This document shows, piece by piece, positions 34,420 through 35,957 of a DNA stretch of 35,957 nt. The position numbers were made by a program, and so were the translations under genes. This stretch comes from a virus (lineage: Duplodnaviria; Caudoviricetes). Within the stretch, counting starts at the first letter, position 1. Each line of letters begins with the position of its first letter. The DNA lies in the IMG/VR virus record IMGVR_UViG_3300025388_000010, positions 1-35,957 of that record; one strand, written 5' to 3'. The notes beneath the pieces were generated by a model. That model searched no databases. It was given only the letters and a program-made list of their open reading frames with translations, and had not been told where the DNA came from.

Positions 34420-34748
34420 CCTTCCGCATCACCGAGGACATGGTTCAACACGCCTTTGATACGCTCCACAAGACCGACCACGCCAAGGCAAGGGCCATGT
34501 TCAACCATTCCGAAAAGCGCCTGAAGCGAGTGTTGGCAATGGCCATGCAAGATAGCGCCGAGAAATCGTCCGCAGCGAAGGAGACGGAGGCTTACGCCTC
34601 AACGGCTTACGGAGCGGCTCTGGAGCAATTCAAGATCGTGTCCGAACGCTATTACGAACTCCAGGATGAACGGGAAGCCGCGTCAGCCATCATTGAAGGC
34701 TGGCGGACGCAGCAGTCGGATCTTCGGGCCGCGGGGAGGGTGGGGTAA
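34416..34748 (+). CDS. helical hypothetical protein in the recombination module
   Basis: ATGA-coupled; EAYASTAY...IEGWRTQQS motif. Confidence 0.7.
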   Translation: MTFRITEDMVQHAFDTLHKTDHAKARAMFNHSEKRLKRVLAMAMQDSAEKSSAAKETEAYASTAYGAALEQFKIVSERYYELQDEREAASAIIEGWRTQQSDLRAAGRVG

Positions 34749-35023
34749 TGGCAACGTGCCCGAATTGCGGACGAACTTATGCGGACCCCCGCGAAGCGGC
34801 GCTCCGCGCAGCAGAGGAAGCTGAGGAAATCTTGGCGGCTGCAAATGCGAGGTGGAAGCGTCGCGTTGAAATTCAGCGCGACCTGATCATCCGTCATGAG
34901 CAAACGATAGAGCGGTTCCTAGAGGCCCTGATGTTTATCAAGTCGGGCGATTGCGCCGACCCCGAGAATACCGCCCGCCGCGCCCTTGGAGGTAGCAATA
35001 AGGAACCCAGACATGACAGATGA
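34748..35023 (+). CDS. hypothetical protein with N-terminal CPNCG
   Basis: TAATG coupling; zinc knuckle followed by a coiled coil. Confidence 0.6.
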   Translation: MATCPNCGRTYADPREAALRAAEEAEEILAAANARWKRRVEIQRDLIIRHEQTIERFLEALMFIKSGDCADPENTARRALGGSNKEPRHDR

Positions 35024-35438
35024 CGCCCTCGACCGCATTGCCATGATCGCGTGGCAGTCGCTTCAGATGATCGACCCCAAGGTCAACCGGGAGGAAATGC
35101 CGGGCGCGATCAAGGAGGCCATCCGCACCGCGTTGAATTACCGCACCCCCGACACCGCCCCTAACCAATCAACCCAAGGAGAAACTACGATGACCCACGT
35201 TTACGAAGGCCAGCCCGACGCCCGTCAGTCCGACAAAATCGACGAGCCAGTGTCTCGGTTTCGCCCGCGTTATCGCGCCCTGACTGACGATGAAAAGGCC
35301 CTGCACGACGCGATCAAGGCGAAAGCCGTTGAACTTGAAACCTTGTTCGAGACCGTGAAGCCGGGACGCTATCGCAGCCTTGGCCTGACGGCCCTTGAAG
35401 AAGCGGTCATGTGGACGGTGAAGGAACTCACGTCGTGA
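35013..35438 (+). CDS. long isoform: 59-aa N-terminal segment in frame with the Acb2-like domain
   Basis: AAGGA SD before ATG 35013; no stop before the second start at 35190. Confidence 0.5.
   Translation: MTDDALDRIAMIAWQSLQMIDPKVNREEMPGAIKEAIRTALNYRTPDTAPNQSTQGETTMTHVYEGQPDARQSDKIDEPVSRFRPRYRALTDDEKALHDAIKAKAVELETLFETVKPGRYRSLGLTALEEAVMWTVKELTS
35190..35438 (+). CDS. acb2: Acb2/Tad1-like cyclic-nucleotide sponge (anti-CBASS candidate)
   Basis: AAGGAG SD; YRALTDDEKALHDAIK...PGRYRSLGLTALEEAVMW resembles Acb2/T4 Vs.4. Confidence 0.7.
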   Translation: MTHVYEGQPDARQSDKIDEPVSRFRPRYRALTDDEKALHDAIKAKAVELETLFETVKPGRYRSLGLTALEEAVMWTVKELTS

Positions 35439-35767
35439 GCCAGAGCGCAGACCTGATAGCTGAGGCTGAGGAACGACTGCGGATTGCAATCGACGCGCAG
35501 AACAGCCTCGACGGCGGCGAATACGACAACGGCATCATGGCCGTGATCCGCTGCGAAGACGTGCAGTTCTATCGCTCTGTAGTCACCGCCCTCCGCGCAG
35601 CAGAGGCTGAGAACGCGAGGCTGTCCGAAGAAAACCGCACTTTTCGGACAAATTACCGCTCGGGAACATCTGGGTATTTAAACGCATCTGACATGCGAAA
35701 TATTCCCGATCAGGAAGATGATGTTTCAGAGGCCCAAGAATGGGAGGACTTTGATCGTGACTGTTGA
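35435..35767 (+). CDS. hypothetical protein with acidic C-terminal EAQEWEDFDRDC motif
   Basis: GTGA-coupled start with AAGGA SD; coiled coil LRAAEAENARL. Confidence 0.62.
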   Translation: MSQSADLIAEAEERLRIAIDAQNSLDGGEYDNGIMAVIRCEDVQFYRSVVTALRAAEAENARLSEENRTFRTNYRSGTSGYLNASDMRNIPDQEDDVSEAQEWEDFDRDC

Positions 35768-35957
35768 TCTCAATTCCTGCAAGCCGTGCCCATTCTGCGG
35801 AAGTCATGACTTATCCACCAACGGACATGGCGCTTACACCATAGTGGTGTGTTGCGATTGTTTGGCTGAAGGCCCGCACGGACATCCCAGCAAAGCCATT
35901 TCGCGCTGGAACACCCGCACCTGTGCCGAAATCGACATGGTGACGTTGAGCCGCTCC
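35757..35957 (+). CDS. lar: Lar-family restriction alleviation protein (runs off the window)
   Basis: GGAGG SD; KPCPFCGS...VCCDCLAEGP...AISRWNTR. Confidence 0.8.
   Translation, partial: MTVDLNSCKPCPFCGSHDLSTNGHGAYTIVVCCDCLAEGPHGHPSKAISRWNTRTCAEIDMVTLSRS

Noticed and set aside
1-35957. Alternative genetic code, or introns/inteins in terL, portal or major capsid genes
   Set aside because: Core genes are intact and of normal length in the standard code

Overview
This window is most of, and possibly all of, a ~36 kb GC-rich tailed phage genome with P22-like podovirus architecture. The host is probably an alphaproteobacterium (inferred from the DUF1376 initiator, a stand-alone DnaA_C HTH and a GTA-type head-spike base). 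No integrase or CI repressor was recognised. The minus strand carries, in transcription order: replication genes, four repeated promoter-plus-hairpin early cassettes, terS, a non-coding inverted-repeat gap, terL, small basic proteins, portal, a GroES-like co-chaperonin, scaffold, decoration protein and major capsid protein. These are followed by paralogous fibre proteins, P22 gp4/gp10/gp14-like tail proteins, three ejection proteins (one with a SleB-type hydrolase domain), a tail fibre and an endolysin. The plus strand carries ERF/YqaJ recombination genes, an Acb2-like nucleotide sponge and a Lar-like protein. The most notable signals are (1) modular early cassettes with fixed ACTAA-N17-TTGACG spacing, a covarying leader hairpin and terminal membrane micropeptides; (2) a dense co-oriented TGGAC array inside the initiator gene, near a mini-DnaA HTH gene; (3) an Acb2-like gene with two in-frame starts; (4) pairs of fibre proteins sharing N-terminal modules; and (5) a very His-rich protein in the virion operon. 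All family assignments come from motif recognition by eye, not from database searches.
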